The notes beneath the pieces are model-generated. The model saw nothing but the letters and a program-made list of their open reading frames with translations. It ran no database searches and was not told the origin of the DNA. The position numbers and the translations under genes were made by a program. From NCBI GenBank assembly GCA_963812015.1, contig CAWETI010000003.1:960001-1024000 (forward strand): DNA of 64,000 nucleotides. The letters are read 5' to 3'. How positions within the stretch are numbered: position 1 is the stretch's first letter; each line of letters opens with the position of its first letter. This stretch comes from an uncultured delta proteobacterium (GTDB taxonomy: Bacteria; Desulfobacterota; Desulfobaccia; Desulfobaccales; 0-14-0-80-60-11). Positions 10,032-19,985 of the stretch are shown here, in pieces.

Positions 10032-12239
10032 TTAACTACACCGTGAAAAGCCGCAACCGTGGCAGACCAGGCAGCCGCCTTCGTGTTCCACGGTGCCGCC
10101 GCAGTCGGGGCAGGAGCCCATGGTGGCCAGGGTGGGGGCCGGGGGGTCCACATCGGCGACGTGGGCCAGGACCTTGGCGATGGCGTCGGCGCAGGACAGC
10201 ACCTGGCTGCCGTTCTGCCAGTTGGAGCTGGGGCAGCGGATGCCGGTGATCTGCTTGATGATGGAGTCGATCTTGACCCCGGAGCGCAGGGCCAGGGAGA
10301 TGAGGCGGCCGGTGGACTCGATCTGGGAGGAGGCGCAGCCCCCGGTCTTGCCCATCTGGGCAAAGACCTCGCAGAAGCCCAGGTTATCCTGGTTGACGGT
10401 GACGTAGAGCTTGCCGCAGCCGGTGGTGATGAGTTCGGTGACCCCGGTGGTGCGTTCGGGGCGGGGGCGAGGGGTGATGTACTTCATCTTGGGCCGGTCG
10501 CCGCCGAAGCTCAAGACCTGTTCCTCCCGGCTGCCGTCCCGGTAGATGGTCACCCCTTTGAGGCCCAGTTCATAGGCCATGAGATAGGCTTCCCGGACGT
10601 CGTCCGGGGAGGCCTGTTTGGGGAAGTTGACCGTCTTGGACACGGCGTTGTCGGTAAATTTCTGGAAGGCCCCCTGGAGGCGGATGTGCCACTGGGGCGA
10701 GACTTCGTGGGCGGTGACGAAGAGGCGGCGCAGGTCCTGGGGAATTTCCTTGAAATCCCGGATGGAGCCGCTCTGGGCGATTTTCTGCATGAGCTCGGGG
10801 GTGTAAAAGCCCCGGCTTTTGGCCAGTTCTTCGAAGTAGGGGTGGACTTCCACCAGTTCGGTGCCTTCCATCACCCGGCGCACGAAGGAGACCGCAAACA
10901 GGGGCTCGATGCCGCTGGAGCAGCCGGAGATGATGCTGATGGTGCCGGTGGGGGCGATGGTGGTGGTGGTGGCGTTGCGCATGCGGCCCAGGCCGTTGCC
11001 GTCGAATTTGCTGCCGGGGTAGGCGGCGAAGTTGCCCCGCTGGTCGGCGAGGTTGGCGGAGGCCAGCCGGGACTCCTGCTGGATGAAGGCCGCCACCTGC
11101 TCGGCCACCGCCACGGCCTCCTCGGAGTTGTAGGGGATCTCCAGCTTCAGGAGCATGTCGGCAAAGCCCATGACCCCCAGGCCGATCTTCCGGGTTTCCC
11201 TGGTCTTCTGCTGGATGATCTCCAGGGGGAAGCGGTTGGCGTCGATGACGTTATCCAGAAAATGCACGGCGGTGTGGACCATGTCGGCCAAGGCCGGGAA
11301 GTCGATCCGGCCGCCCTTGACGATCTGGCCCAGGTTGAGGGAGCCCAGGTTGCAGGACTCGTAGGGCAACAGGGGTTGCTCGCCGCAGGGGTTGGTGGCT
11401 TCGACCTCGCCCAGGTTTGGGACGGTGTTGCCCCGGTTGAGGGCGTCCAGGAAGATGATGCCGGGCTCGCCGGTGGACCAGGCGCTCTGGACGATGAGGT
11501 CGAAGAGCCGGGCGGCGCTCACCTTTTGGACCTCCCGGCCGGTGCGGGGGTTGACCAGGGGGAAGGGTTGGTCGGCCCGGACCGCCTCCATGAAGGCGTC
11601 GGTGAGGCCCACGGAGATATTGAAGTTGGTGAGGCGCTTGGTGTCGTTCTTACAGGTGATGAAGGCTTCGATATCCGGGTGGTCCACCCGGAGGATCCCC
11701 ATGTTGGCGCCCCGGCGGGTGCCGCCCTGCTTGATGGTTTCGGTGGCCACGTCGAAGATGTTCATAAAGGAAATGGGGCCGGAGGCCACCCCCTTGGTGG
11801 AGAGCACCGGGTCGTTGGCGGGGCGGATGCGGGAAAAGGAGAAGCCGGTGCCGCCGCCGGACTTGTGGATGAGGGCCGTCTGCTTCACCGCTTCGAAGAT
11901 GCTTTCGATGTTATCTTCCACCGGCAAGACGAAGCAGGCGGAAAGCTGGCCCAGCTCCCGACCGGCGTTCATCAGGGTGGGGGAGTTGGGCATGAAGCGC
12001 AGCGACGCCATGTGGTCGTAGAACTTGGCGGCGGTGGCGGCCACGTCCGCCTGGGGATCGTAGCGCCGGTCGATTTCGGCGATGGTATCGGCCACCCGGC
12101 GAAACATATCCGGGGCCGCTTCGGTGGCCTCCCCGGCTTCATCCTTCTTCAGGTAGCGTTTCTTCAGCACTACCAAAGCATTGTGGCTTAACGGCAGCTC
12201 CCCGGCGATTTCCCTGATTTCCCCCTGCGGCGGCATCAT
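10032..12239 (-). CDS. nrdJ: Vitamin B12-dependent (class II) ribonucleotide reductase with C-terminal TSCPD-type and zinc-ribbon domains
   Basis: PNSPTLMNAG, LSACFVL, TNPCGEQPL, CNLGS, TIAPTGTIS, C-terminal CPDCG..CLVCHGCGFSRC. Confidence 0.95.
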   Translation of the reverse strand: MMPPQGEIREIAGELPLSHNALVVLKKRYLKKDEAGEATEAAPDMFRRVADTIAEIDRRYDPQADVAATAAKFYDHMASLRFMPNSPTLMNAGRELGQLSACFVLPVEDNIESIFEAVKQTALIHKSGGGTGFSFSRIRPANDPVLSTKGVASGPISFMNIFDVATETIKQGGTRRGANMGILRVDHPDIEAFITCKNDTKRLTNFNISVGLTDAFMEAVRADQPFPLVNPRTGREVQKVSAARLFDLIVQSAWSTGEPGIIFLDALNRGNTVPNLGEVEATNPCGEQPLLPYESCNLGSLNLGQIVKGGRIDFPALADMVHTAVHFLDNVIDANRFPLEIIQQKTRETRKIGLGVMGFADMLLKLEIPYNSEEAVAVAEQVAAFIQQESRLASANLADQRGNFAAYPGSKFDGNGLGRMRNATTTTIAPTGTISIISGCSSGIEPLFAVSFVRRVMEGTELVEVHPYFEELAKSRGFYTPELMQKIAQSGSIRDFKEIPQDLRRLFVTAHEVSPQWHIRLQGAFQKFTDNAVSKTVNFPKQASPDDVREAYLMAYELGLKGVTIYRDGSREEQVLSFGGDRPKMKYITPRPRPERTTGVTELITTGCGKLYVTVNQDNLGFCEVFAQMGKTGGCASSQIESTGRLISLALRSGVKIDSIIKQITGIRCPSSNWQNGSQVLSCADAIAKVLAHVADVDPPAPTLATMGSCPDCGGTVEHEGGCLVCHGCGFSRCS

Positions 12240-12279
12240 TTCCTCCTTGAATTTAAGCGGTTGGCGAAATTCCCTTAAA

Positions 12280-12332
12280 TAGCAACATGTTGTATTAATG
12301 GCTATTTTAAAATACTATATATAGGGTGTCAA
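12280..12332 (-). promoter_or_regulatory. Tandem NrdR boxes overlapping the nrdJ promoter
   Basis: GCAACATGTTGT and ATACTATATATAGGGT, 32 bp apart, upstream of nrdJ; TTGACA on the minus strand at 12327-12332. Confidence 0.75.
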
Positions 12333-12688
12333 GAAAATTTTTTGTAAGGTTTAAATTGGCTGAATGAGCTTATAGGTACTATACATATAGATAGTATATA
12401 ATAAGGCGAGAGAAAAAGATAGTTCAGTCCAATCAGTACCCGGGAAAAATGGGAGAAACTGCGTCGATGGGATGGTCGAGCCTAGCGGCATCGAGAACGG
12501 CACCTATCCGGGCCTGAAAAAAATCCGGTCATCAGGCCGTCACCGCCGGGGCCTTACCGGCAGGTTCAGCAAGAATTATCTTGACAGAAAAAGAGAATCA
12601 GATAGAGGAAAAGAACGTCAAACCGGGAGGAGGCGGGCCTGGCCGGGGATAACGGCGCCGACGGCTCTGACCGGCACAGGGGACTGTC

Positions 12689-13780
12689 GTGAAGCAGATG
12701 CGCAAACAAGTGAGGCTCATCCTGGTGCTTGGCCTGGCCCTGGCGCTGGTGGGCAGCGCCCCGGTCCCCGAGGACTCTGCCTCGCCGAAGGCAAAAATCA
12801 GTCTTGCCGCGGTGGGGGATATCATGATGGGGAACGATTTCCCCTGCCCGGAACTGCCCCCGGAGGATGGGAAGTCATTGTTTGAGGAGGCCAAGGCGAT
12901 TTTCACCCAAGCTGATATCGCCTTCGGCAACCTGGAGGGGGTGTTAGGCGCCGGGGGTTGTCCTGCCAAAGATGTGGACAGCAGTAATGTCTATGTCTTC
13001 CGTACCCCCCCCAGATTTGCCGCTAATCTTCACGAGGCCGGCCTCAAAGTGGTCTCTGTGGCGAACAACCATGCGATGGATTTCGGCTATACCGGGAAAT
13101 TATCCACGAAAAGGGCGTTGGATGACGCGGGGATCAAATATTCCGGCCAGGATGGCGAAGTGGCCGAATTCGACCTCAAGGGCGTGCAACTAGGCGTAAT
13201 CGCCCTTGCCTTCGGACCCCCGCCCAGGTCGATTATCCACCCCAAAAGCGCCTTGCGGGAGATCGAGGCCCTCGCCAAAAAATACGACATTTTGGTGGTA
13301 TCCGTCCATTGGGGGAAAGAAGGCAGGTCGGCCCAGCACACCGCGGATAAAAATGAATATTTCCTGGGGGAGGACCGGGGAAACCTGGTGAGGTTTGCGC
13401 ACGAGGCCATTGACCGGGGGGCTGACTTGATTTTGGGCCATGGCCCGCATGTGCCCAGAGCCATGGAGATCTACCAGGGGAAGCTGATTGCCTATAGCCT
13501 GGGAAATTTCTGTACGTATAAGGGGATGAATCTGGTGGATGAAAGGGGCTATGCTCCTTTATTATGGGTGGAGATGAACGAGAAGGGCGACTTTGTAGAG
13601 GGCAGGGTCCACTCATTTATCCAGCCCCGGCCAGGCGGGCCGCAAAAGGACGACCACGGCATGGCCTTCAATCGCATCAAGACCTTGTCTTTGGAGGACT
13701 TTCCGGAAAGCTGTCCACTCTTCGTCGCCCCCGATAAGATTTTGCCGAGCCAGAGCCAAGATAAGCCGCATGACCAGTAG
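12689..13780 (+). CDS. CapA family (metallophosphoesterase-like) secreted protein
   Basis: Signal peptide; VGDIM, GNLEG, ANNHAMDFG, HWGKE, GHGPHV, YSLGNF. Confidence 0.9.
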   Translation: MKQMRKQVRLILVLGLALALVGSAPVPEDSASPKAKISLAAVGDIMMGNDFPCPELPPEDGKSLFEEAKAIFTQADIAFGNLEGVLGAGGCPAKDVDSSNVYVFRTPPRFAANLHEAGLKVVSVANNHAMDFGYTGKLSTKRALDDAGIKYSGQDGEVAEFDLKGVQLGVIALAFGPPPRSIIHPKSALREIEALAKKYDILVVSVHWGKEGRSAQHTADKNEYFLGEDRGNLVRFAHEAIDRGADLILGHGPHVPRAMEIYQGKLIAYSLGNFCTYKGMNLVDERGYAPLLWVEMNEKGDFVEGRVHSFIQPRPGGPQKDDHGMAFNRIKTLSLEDFPESCPLFVAPDKILPSQSQDKPHDQ

Positions 13781-13927
13781 CGCCATAACGTTCCTGCCGA
13801 TGGCTGCGGCGAGCCTGGCCGCCGGTTAATCAACCCGGTTTCTCCTCTCAAAGCTACGGCCCGCCAATTCATTTGCCTTTTTCCCCCTGCTGCGGTATAC
13901 ATTACGCGAATACTCACGCACAGATAG

Positions 13928-14920
13928 GTGGTAACGTTGAGCCAGAAGCAAATCGGCATCCTGGGCACCGGGGTGTATCTGCCGGAAGCGGTCCTGACCA
14001 ATGAGGACCTGGAAAAGATTGTGGAGACCACGGCCCAGTGGATCGTGGAGCGCAGCGGCATCCATGAGCGGCGCATTGCCGCCCCCCACGAGAACACCGT
14101 CACCATGGCGGTGGCAGCGGGTCGCCAGGCCCTGCAGGCTGCTGGGATCGAGCCGGAGCAGTTGAGTTACATTGTCCTGGGCACCAATACTCCGGCACAC
14201 TTTTTCCCGGCCGGGGCCATCCAGGTCCAGGAGGAGTTGGGGATAGGCGGGCAGGCCGCGGCCTTCGACCTCCAGGCGGGCTGCTGCGGCTTTAACTACG
14301 CCCTGTATGTGGGGGAGCGCCTGGTGCTCCCGGAAGGCAAATATGCCCTGATCATCGGCAGTGATGTCTGCTCCCGCTTTACGGACTGGACCAACCGGGC
14401 CACCTGCTTGCTGTTCGGCGACGGGGCGGGGGCGGTGGTCATCGGCCCGAGCACCCGGGGCCGCATCCTCAAATCTTTCATCGCCTCCAAACTGAACGAA
14501 AACCTGTTTTGCGAAAGCGAATTTAATAAAGAGGTGAGCCCCTTTCTCCCGCCCCAAACCCAAACCCAGCGCCATTTTCTCCAGATGGACGGCCCGGAGA
14601 TCTTCAAGTTTGCAGTGAACGCGGTGAAAATGTCCATCCCCCGGATTCTGGAAATGGCCGGCATAACCCGGGAAGACATCGATTATCTCATTATTCACCA
14701 AGGGAATTACCGTATCCTGGAGGCCGGGGCCAAGTTCGCCCGGGTGCCCATGGATAAGGTCTTCGTCAATATCAACCGCTACGGCAATACCTCCGCGGCC
14801 TCGGTGCCCATTGCGCTGCATGAAGCCCTGCAGGAGGGCAAGATCAAGCCGGGGGACAAGGTGGTGCTCATCAGTTTTGGAGCCGGGGCCACCTGGGGAG
14901 CGACGCTGCTGGAATGGTAA
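13928..14920 (+). CDS. fabH: 3-oxoacyl-ACP synthase III
   Basis: WIVERSGI.ERR, AGCCGF, LFGDGAGA, HQGN, GNTSAASVP, FGAG.TWG. Confidence 0.93.
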   Translation: MVTLSQKQIGILGTGVYLPEAVLTNEDLEKIVETTAQWIVERSGIHERRIAAPHENTVTMAVAAGRQALQAAGIEPEQLSYIVLGTNTPAHFFPAGAIQVQEELGIGGQAAAFDLQAGCCGFNYALYVGERLVLPEGKYALIIGSDVCSRFTDWTNRATCLLFGDGAGAVVIGPSTRGRILKSFIASKLNENLFCESEFNKEVSPFLPPQTQTQRHFLQMDGPEIFKFAVNAVKMSIPRILEMAGITREDIDYLIIHQGNYRILEAGAKFARVPMDKVFVNINRYGNTSAASVPIALHEALQEGKIKPGDKVVLISFGAGATWGATLLEW

Positions 14921-14992
14921 TCAGTCAGTTGCCAGTTACTATCCTGGAGTTCCCGAATCTCAATAAATCTTAACGCCCGGCATGAGGCCAAA

Positions 14993-15026
14993 AAGAAGGG
15001 GCGGGTTATCCCGCCCCTCTTATTTT
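14993..15026 (+). terminator. Probable intrinsic terminator (possibly bidirectional)
   Basis: AAGAAGGGGCGGG-TTAT-CCCGCCCCTCTT between convergent genes. Confidence 0.6.
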
Positions 15027-15111
15027 GCCTAATTATTTTTTTCCGCACCGGACCTGCAAGGTTCACTAACACTCCGGCCGTTAGTCTTTACCTGACCACT
15101 GGCGACTTGCC

Positions 15112-15852
15112 CTACATAATCCGGATCGGGGAGGGCTTTTCGGGCTCGGGTGTGGCCGGAGCCGCCGGCTTTTCCGGTTTTTCCGGCGGTTCGGGCTTAG
15201 CCGGTTTTTCCGGCTTGGCGGGTTTTTCCGGCGCCGGGGCTCCTTCCTCCGCCGGTTTGGTCGGCTTGACCGGTTTAACCGGTTTGGCGGGCTGAGCCTC
15301 CTCAGGCTTTTTCTTTATGGGTGGGGTGGGGGCTTCCCCGGGCTTGGCGGGTTTGGGTTTTTCCACCGCGGGGGGCTTTTCCACCGCCGGGGGTTTCTCC
15401 ACTGCCGGCCTGGCCTCTTTCGGCTTTTCGGGGAGCGGCGGCGGCGTCACCGCTTCGGGCGGGATGGGCGCCGGCGTGACCTCCGGAGCTGCCGCCACCG
15501 GGGTGGGGGAGAGATACCGGGAGTTCACCCAGCCGATGGTGCCATCCCGTTTGACCCGGATCTGGGTCCAATCTTCGGCATCGCCAACTTTTTCCACATC
15601 GGCATTGCGGTCCAGAACCGCGATCTTGGGGCAATCCATTCCCGGGCAGGCCCGGAGATTGAGGCGGTTGACGGCCACATACAACGTGGGTCGGGCCACC
15701 TGGGGCGGGGGCGGCGGGGGCGCCGGAGCATGAGCCGCCGGCGGTATATATACCGGCTTGGGAAACAGGCCTTGACAGCCTGCCAGACATAAGGTCAACC
15801 CCAACCCCACCCACACGGTGCACCAGGATTTATGCATGGCCGCTAACCCCAT
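15112..15852 (-). CDS. SH3-domain lipoprotein with Pro/Lys/Glu-rich tail
   Basis: Lipobox-like LAGC; LNLRACPG..W..I...GWVNSRYL (bacterial SH3); repeated EKP/KP units; start uncertain (15852 or 15837). Confidence 0.75.
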   Translation of the reverse strand: MGLAAMHKSWCTVWVGLGLTLCLAGCQGLFPKPVYIPPAAHAPAPPPPPPQVARPTLYVAVNRLNLRACPGMDCPKIAVLDRNADVEKVGDAEDWTQIRVKRDGTIGWVNSRYLSPTPVAAAPEVTPAPIPPEAVTPPPLPEKPKEARPAVEKPPAVEKPPAVEKPKPAKPGEAPTPPIKKKPEEAQPAKPVKPVKPTKPAEEGAPAPEKPAKPEKPAKPEPPEKPEKPAAPATPEPEKPSPIRIM

Positions 15853-15859
15853 GGTAGGC

Positions 15860-16609
15860 TTATCCCCCTGCCACTTCTTTGCTGTCGCGGATTTTCCAGC
15901 CTCCCGGACCCATCTCCAGGATGGTTCTATAATTCTGCCGCACCAGGGTGTAGTCATGGGTGCGGTGATCGTAGAGCTGGATGTTCCAGACGATATCCGC
16001 CGTGGCTTCCGTATCGTTTAACCGCTGCACATTGGAAATGCGATAGGAGACTTCCTTAATATCATAGTTTTTCCACAGCTCCAGCATCTGGTTCTCGACC
16101 CGCCCCAGATTGGGATAAGAGGAGTTGTAACAGCTGAGCCATTTGTTGATATCTTTGTTGAGATGGGCGGAGCGGATCTTTTCGGCAATCTTTTCCACTT
16201 CCGGGCGCAGGGTGTCTTGGGGCGACGACGGGGTGGAAATCGGGGCAACGGGCGCCCGGGATGGGAGATGGCGCCACAGATATATCCCGCCCACGATGAG
16301 AAGGGCCAGGACGATGAGCGACAAAAAACGGCCGGGGCGCCGTTGGCGACGACGAGCCATGGCTTCAGGTCTCCGGGGGTAGAAAAGCGGCGGACGGTTG
16401 GGGGTCTCCTCCTCTTCCTGGTTGACCCGGGCCGTCCTGAGAGGCAGACCGCATTCGGTACAGAATTTTTGTCCGGGATAAGTCGAGGTGGCGCAGCGGG
16501 CGCAAGGCCGGGCCGAGGCATTGGAAGCGCCTTTCAACAGTTGGCCGCAACGCTGACAGAATCGATGTTCCTCTCCATGGATTACCTGGCATTGATTACA
16601 ATACGGCAT
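15860..16609 (-). CDS. Double zinc-ribbon membrane protein
   Basis: Four CxxC pairs, one TM helix, C-terminal domain. Confidence 0.75.
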   Translation of the reverse strand: MPYCNQCQVIHGEEHRFCQRCGQLLKGASNASARPCARCATSTYPGQKFCTECGLPLRTARVNQEEEETPNRPPLFYPRRPEAMARRRQRRPGRFLSLIVLALLIVGGIYLWRHLPSRAPVAPISTPSSPQDTLRPEVEKIAEKIRSAHLNKDINKWLSCYNSSYPNLGRVENQMLELWKNYDIKEVSYRISNVQRLNDTEATADIVWNIQLYDHRTHDYTLVRQNYRTILEMGPGGWKIRDSKEVAGG

Positions 16610-16821
16610 AGTTTCTCACCAACAGTCGCATAAAATTGTCTAACACATTCTCCCGGCAAAGCAAAGGAAATTAGAGTTCCGGCCCGGGGAAAGGGACCCG
16701 GGAAAGAAGCCGGCCCCGGCCGACTCCCCCGGGACCAGGGGTGGCCGCCGCGAAGGCCGTAGAGGCAAAGTTACCGGCAGTATACCAGCAAGCGCAATTT
16801 TTTGGTCTTATCGACGGAGCG

Positions 16822-17112
16822 CTATTTTTGGAGCTGCTGCATTTGCTGCTCCACTTCCCGCTGTCGCTTCTCGGCATCCCGTTGGCGCTGTTCGGCATCT
16901 TTACGGCGCTGGTAAGTGTTTTCCCGCCGTTTATCCTCCTTTTCCGAATCCTCCCAGTCCTTTTGCCGCTTTTGCTGCAATTCCTGCCACTCCTGATCCG
17001 ATAACTTGCCCGGGCCGCTTTGGGCAAAGGCCCGGGTTGCGAGCCAGCCGGCGCCGGAAATCAGCAGTAAACCTGCCAAGAGCAGTGCTCCAACTCCCAT
17101 TAACTTTTTCAT
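16822..17112 (-). CDS. Small secreted coiled-coil protein
   Basis: MKKLMGVGALLLAG signal peptide after a GGAGG RBS; Q/E/R-rich. Confidence 0.65.
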   Translation of the reverse strand: MKKLMGVGALLLAGLLLISGAGWLATRAFAQSGPGKLSDQEWQELQQKRQKDWEDSEKEDKRRENTYQRRKDAEQRQRDAEKRQREVEQQMQQLQK

Positions 17113-17548
17113 CTGCCTCGTCCTCCTAACCTCGGGTATTTTCTGATGCTCATTCGAGATCCGGCCGCCGCCGGGCTTGGGACTATCCCTCATCGATGCC
17201 GAAGGCGACTCTTGCCAATGATCCCCCGGTTTCCCGCCGGGGGGTGGGGTTCGAAATTTTCTTAAGAAATACAGCAACATTCGTTTTTTTGGGGGCAGCC
17301 CGGCTTCTTTTAGATATAATAATCCATCATCGTTTGCAAAAGCGAACCCCGGATTTCGGACTCTCCCAGGCCAGAGGTTGAGCACAAGAAAGGATTTGGT
17401 AGCCGCAGCACTCGGGACGGCCCAGAAAATAAATAATATTAACTTCTATTATCAAATAGTTACCCAAATAGCCAGCAAATTTTGTCGAATAATCCGGGAA
17501 CATTTTCGGAAAAAACCGGGCAAATTCATGGCAAAACTGTCTGGCCTC

Positions 17549-17580
17549 TTGACAAGAACCCAGGCAGACCGTTATATATA
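17549..17580 (+). promoter_or_regulatory. Sigma70-type promoter of rplM-rpsI
   Basis: TTGACA at 17549 with a TATATA-like -10 17-18 bp downstream. Confidence 0.55.
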
Positions 17581-17607
17581 TATGGTTCTGATTCAGGAGT
17601 GTCCCTT

Positions 17608-18069
17608 ATGAATAATATGAATAATATGGAAACCATGAAAAGTTATACCGCCCGGACAGGGGAAGTGCCGCGCCAGTGGTACGTGGTGGACGCCCAGGAC
17701 AAGGTCCTGGGTCGCCTGGCCAGTCGCATTGCCATGGTGCTGCGGGGTAAGACCAAGCCCACCTATACGCCCCACATCGACACCGGGGACTTCGTGGTCG
17801 TGGTCAATGCCGCTCAGGTGCAACTGACCGGCAGGAAGTTAGACAATAAATTCTACTACCGGCATTCCGGCTATCCTGGCGGGATCAAAGAGATTTCCGC
17901 CCGGAAACTCCTCCAGAAGAAACCGGAGGAGATTTTGCGCCATGCCGTCCGGGGCATGTTGCCCAAAAACAGCTTGGGAAGGCACCTGCTGAAAAAATTG
18001 AAGATCTACGTCGGCGGGGAGCATCCGCATGAGTCCCAGAAGCCGGCGCCTCTTCCCTGGGAGGATTAA
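17608..18069 (+). CDS. rplM: 50S ribosomal protein L13
   Basis: WYVVDA..LGRLAS, LRGK.KP.YTPH.DTGD, HSGYPGG, GMLPKN; start placed after an AGGAG RBS. Confidence 0.97.
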   Translation: MNNMNNMETMKSYTARTGEVPRQWYVVDAQDKVLGRLASRIAMVLRGKTKPTYTPHIDTGDFVVVVNAAQVQLTGRKLDNKFYYRHSGYPGGIKEISARKLLQKKPEEILRHAVRGMLPKNSLGRHLLKKLKIYVGGEHPHESQKPAPLPWED

Positions 18070-18464
18070 TGGCGGCGCAAGCAAGCATTCACGCCACGGG
18101 TAAACGCAAGACCGCGATCGCGCGGGTCTATCTGCGTCCCGGCAATGGCCGGATTATCGTGAATCAGCGCGAGTTTGAAGACTACTTCCCCGGGGAGACC
18201 ACCCGGAACCTGGTGCGCAAGCCCCTGCTCCTGGTGAACGTCGGCCCGGAGTTCGACATTCTGGTCAATGTCCGGGGCGGCGGCCTGGAAGGCCAGGCCG
18301 GGGCCGTCAAACACGCCCTGAGCCGGGCCCTGGTGGTGCTCAACCCGGAACTGCGTCCCATCCTGAAAAAGGCCGGTTTTCTCACCCGGGACGCCCGCAT
18401 CAAAGAGCGGAAGAAATACGGCCTCCGGGGCGCCCGCCGCGGCTGTCAGTATTCGAAACGGTAA
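18069..18464 (+). CDS. rpsI: 30S ribosomal protein S9
   Basis: TGKRK.A.ARV, GGG..GQAGA, LTRD.R.KERKKYG..QYSKR. Confidence 0.98.
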   Translation: MAAQASIHATGKRKTAIARVYLRPGNGRIIVNQREFEDYFPGETTRNLVRKPLLLVNVGPEFDILVNVRGGGLEGQAGAVKHALSRALVVLNPELRPILKKAGFLTRDARIKERKKYGLRGARRGCQYSKR

Positions 18465-18475
18465 TTAATGAGGAT

Positions 18476-18608
18476 TTTGGGGGAGGGGGCTAAGGGCGCC
18501 AGCCCTTACCCCCTCCCCCGAGCCCCCTCCCCCAATCCCTTACAGGGGGTTGGGAGGAGAGGTTGAGGGGAGAGCGGGGGAACTGCCTTCCCCCGGCCCT
18601 CCCCTCAA
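18476..18608. repeat. Intergenic REP-like repeat (C/G-rich family)
   Basis: Resembles the reverse complement of 5084-5212. Confidence 0.65.
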
Positions 18609-18626
18609 AGTTTTATATCCAATACC

Positions 18627-19673
18627 ATGACCAAAATCCGCGTCGCAGTCATCGGGGCTTCCGGTTATGCCGGGTTGGAGTTGGTGCGCCTGTTGGTGCG
18701 GCATCCGGGTTGCGAGCTCGCAGCCCTCACCTCCCTGGAATACCCCGGCCGGCCTTTCTCCCAGATCTTTCCGGCCCTGGCCGGTATTGTCGACTTGCCC
18801 TTCAGCCAGGACCCGACCCCCGAGAAAATTGCGGCTGCCGCCGAAGTGGTCTTCACCGCGGTGCCCCATCAAACCGCCATGGGCATGATCCCTACTTTCC
18901 TGGCCCAGGGGTGCAGAGTGGTGGACCTGAGCGCGGATTTTCGCTTCCGGGATGTCAGCCTCTATGAGAAGTGGTATCAGGCGCATACGGCGCCGGAGTT
19001 GAACGCCGAGGCGGTGTATGGCCTGCCCGAACTGCACCGGGAAGAGGTGCGCCGGACGCGCCTGGTGGGCAACCCCGGCTGCTATCCCACGTGCGTCATC
19101 CTGGGGTTAGCGCCTCTGGCCAAAGCCGGCTTGCTTGCGCCCCATTCGGTGATTGCCGATTGCAAATCCGGGACGAGCGGCGCCGGACGCCAGGCCCTGT
19201 TGGGCATCTCGTTCTGTGAAGTCAATGACGGCTTCCGGGCTTACAAAGTGCTGGAGCACCGGCATACCCCCGAGATGGAGCAGGAGCTGAGCTGGCTGGC
19301 CGGCACAGCGGTTAAAGTCACCTTTACCCCGCATCTCGTTCCCATGAGCCGGGGCATCCTGGGAACGCTGTACGCCAACTTGACGGCGCCCCGGACCGAG
19401 GGGGAACTCCGGGAACTCTACGAAAAATTCTTTCAGGGCCATCCCTTTGTGCGCCTCCATCCGCCGGGGAGTCTTCCCGATACCCGGGACGTACGGGGCG
19501 GGAATTTCTGCGATCTGGCCCTCAGGGTGGATCGGGAAAGCCAGCGGGTCATTGTCATTTCGGCCATCGACAACCTCACCAAGGGGGCGGCCGGCCAGGC
19601 GGTGCACAACTTCAACCTGATGATGGGTTTCCCCGAAACCACCGGGTTGGACGTGGTGCCTTTTGTCCCTTAA
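18627..19673 (+). CDS. argC: N-acetyl-gamma-glutamyl-phosphate reductase
   Basis: GASGY.G.EL, DLSADFR, NPGCYPT, SG.SGAGR, HRH.PE, IDNL.KGAAGQA. Confidence 0.97.
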   Translation: MTKIRVAVIGASGYAGLELVRLLVRHPGCELAALTSLEYPGRPFSQIFPALAGIVDLPFSQDPTPEKIAAAAEVVFTAVPHQTAMGMIPTFLAQGCRVVDLSADFRFRDVSLYEKWYQAHTAPELNAEAVYGLPELHREEVRRTRLVGNPGCYPTCVILGLAPLAKAGLLAPHSVIADCKSGTSGAGRQALLGISFCEVNDGFRAYKVLEHRHTPEMEQELSWLAGTAVKVTFTPHLVPMSRGILGTLYANLTAPRTEGELRELYEKFFQGHPFVRLHPPGSLPDTRDVRGGNFCDLALRVDRESQRVIVISAIDNLTKGAAGQAVHNFNLMMGFPETTGLDVVPFVP

Positions 19674-19785
19674 AAGGAGGGGCGAAAAGGGGAAAAGGGA
19701 AAAAGGCGAAAAGGGGAAAAACCAAAGGAGGTTTTTTTACTAGCGAGTGCCGAAAGTTTTTTCCGTTATGCCGCATGCGCCAGTA

Positions 19786-19880
19786 CCTAAATCCCCCCTA
19801 CCCCCCTTTACCAAAGGGAGGAACTTAGCGGAACCCCTTTTAAAGTCCCCCTTTGAAAAAGGGAGATTTAGGGGGATTTA
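19786..19880. repeat. Long imperfect palindrome (REP-like)
   Basis: CCTAAATCCCCCCTACCCCCCTTT...CCCCCTTTGAAAAAGGGAGATTTAGGGGGATTT. Confidence 0.55.
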
Positions 19881-19985
19881 AAAACCAGCAATCGGACGGA
19901 ATTTTTAGCAAACGCGATAACCTATCCGTTTCGCCTTTTCCCACCTGGCAATTTTCTGATTTTCCCCCGGGAATAACCATCGCGC

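Noticed and set aside
10059..12191. 710-aa plus-strand ORF, and similar long antisense ORFs over ptsI, sat, aprA, qmoB and katG
   Set aside because: Shadow ORFs opposite well-supported genes in GC-rich DNA; no motifs.
10032..12239. Intein or cobalamin riboswitch at nrdJ
   Set aside because: Protein length and motifs are continuous; the upstream region is short, AT-rich and explained by NrdR boxes.
12472..12505. TGGTCGAGCCTAGCGGCATCGAG resembling a reversed tRNA 3' end
   Set aside because: No complete cloverleaf or intact T-loop; too short to call.
15112..15480. Short tandem DNA repeats
   Set aside because: Explained by the low-complexity Pro/Lys/Glu protein tail.
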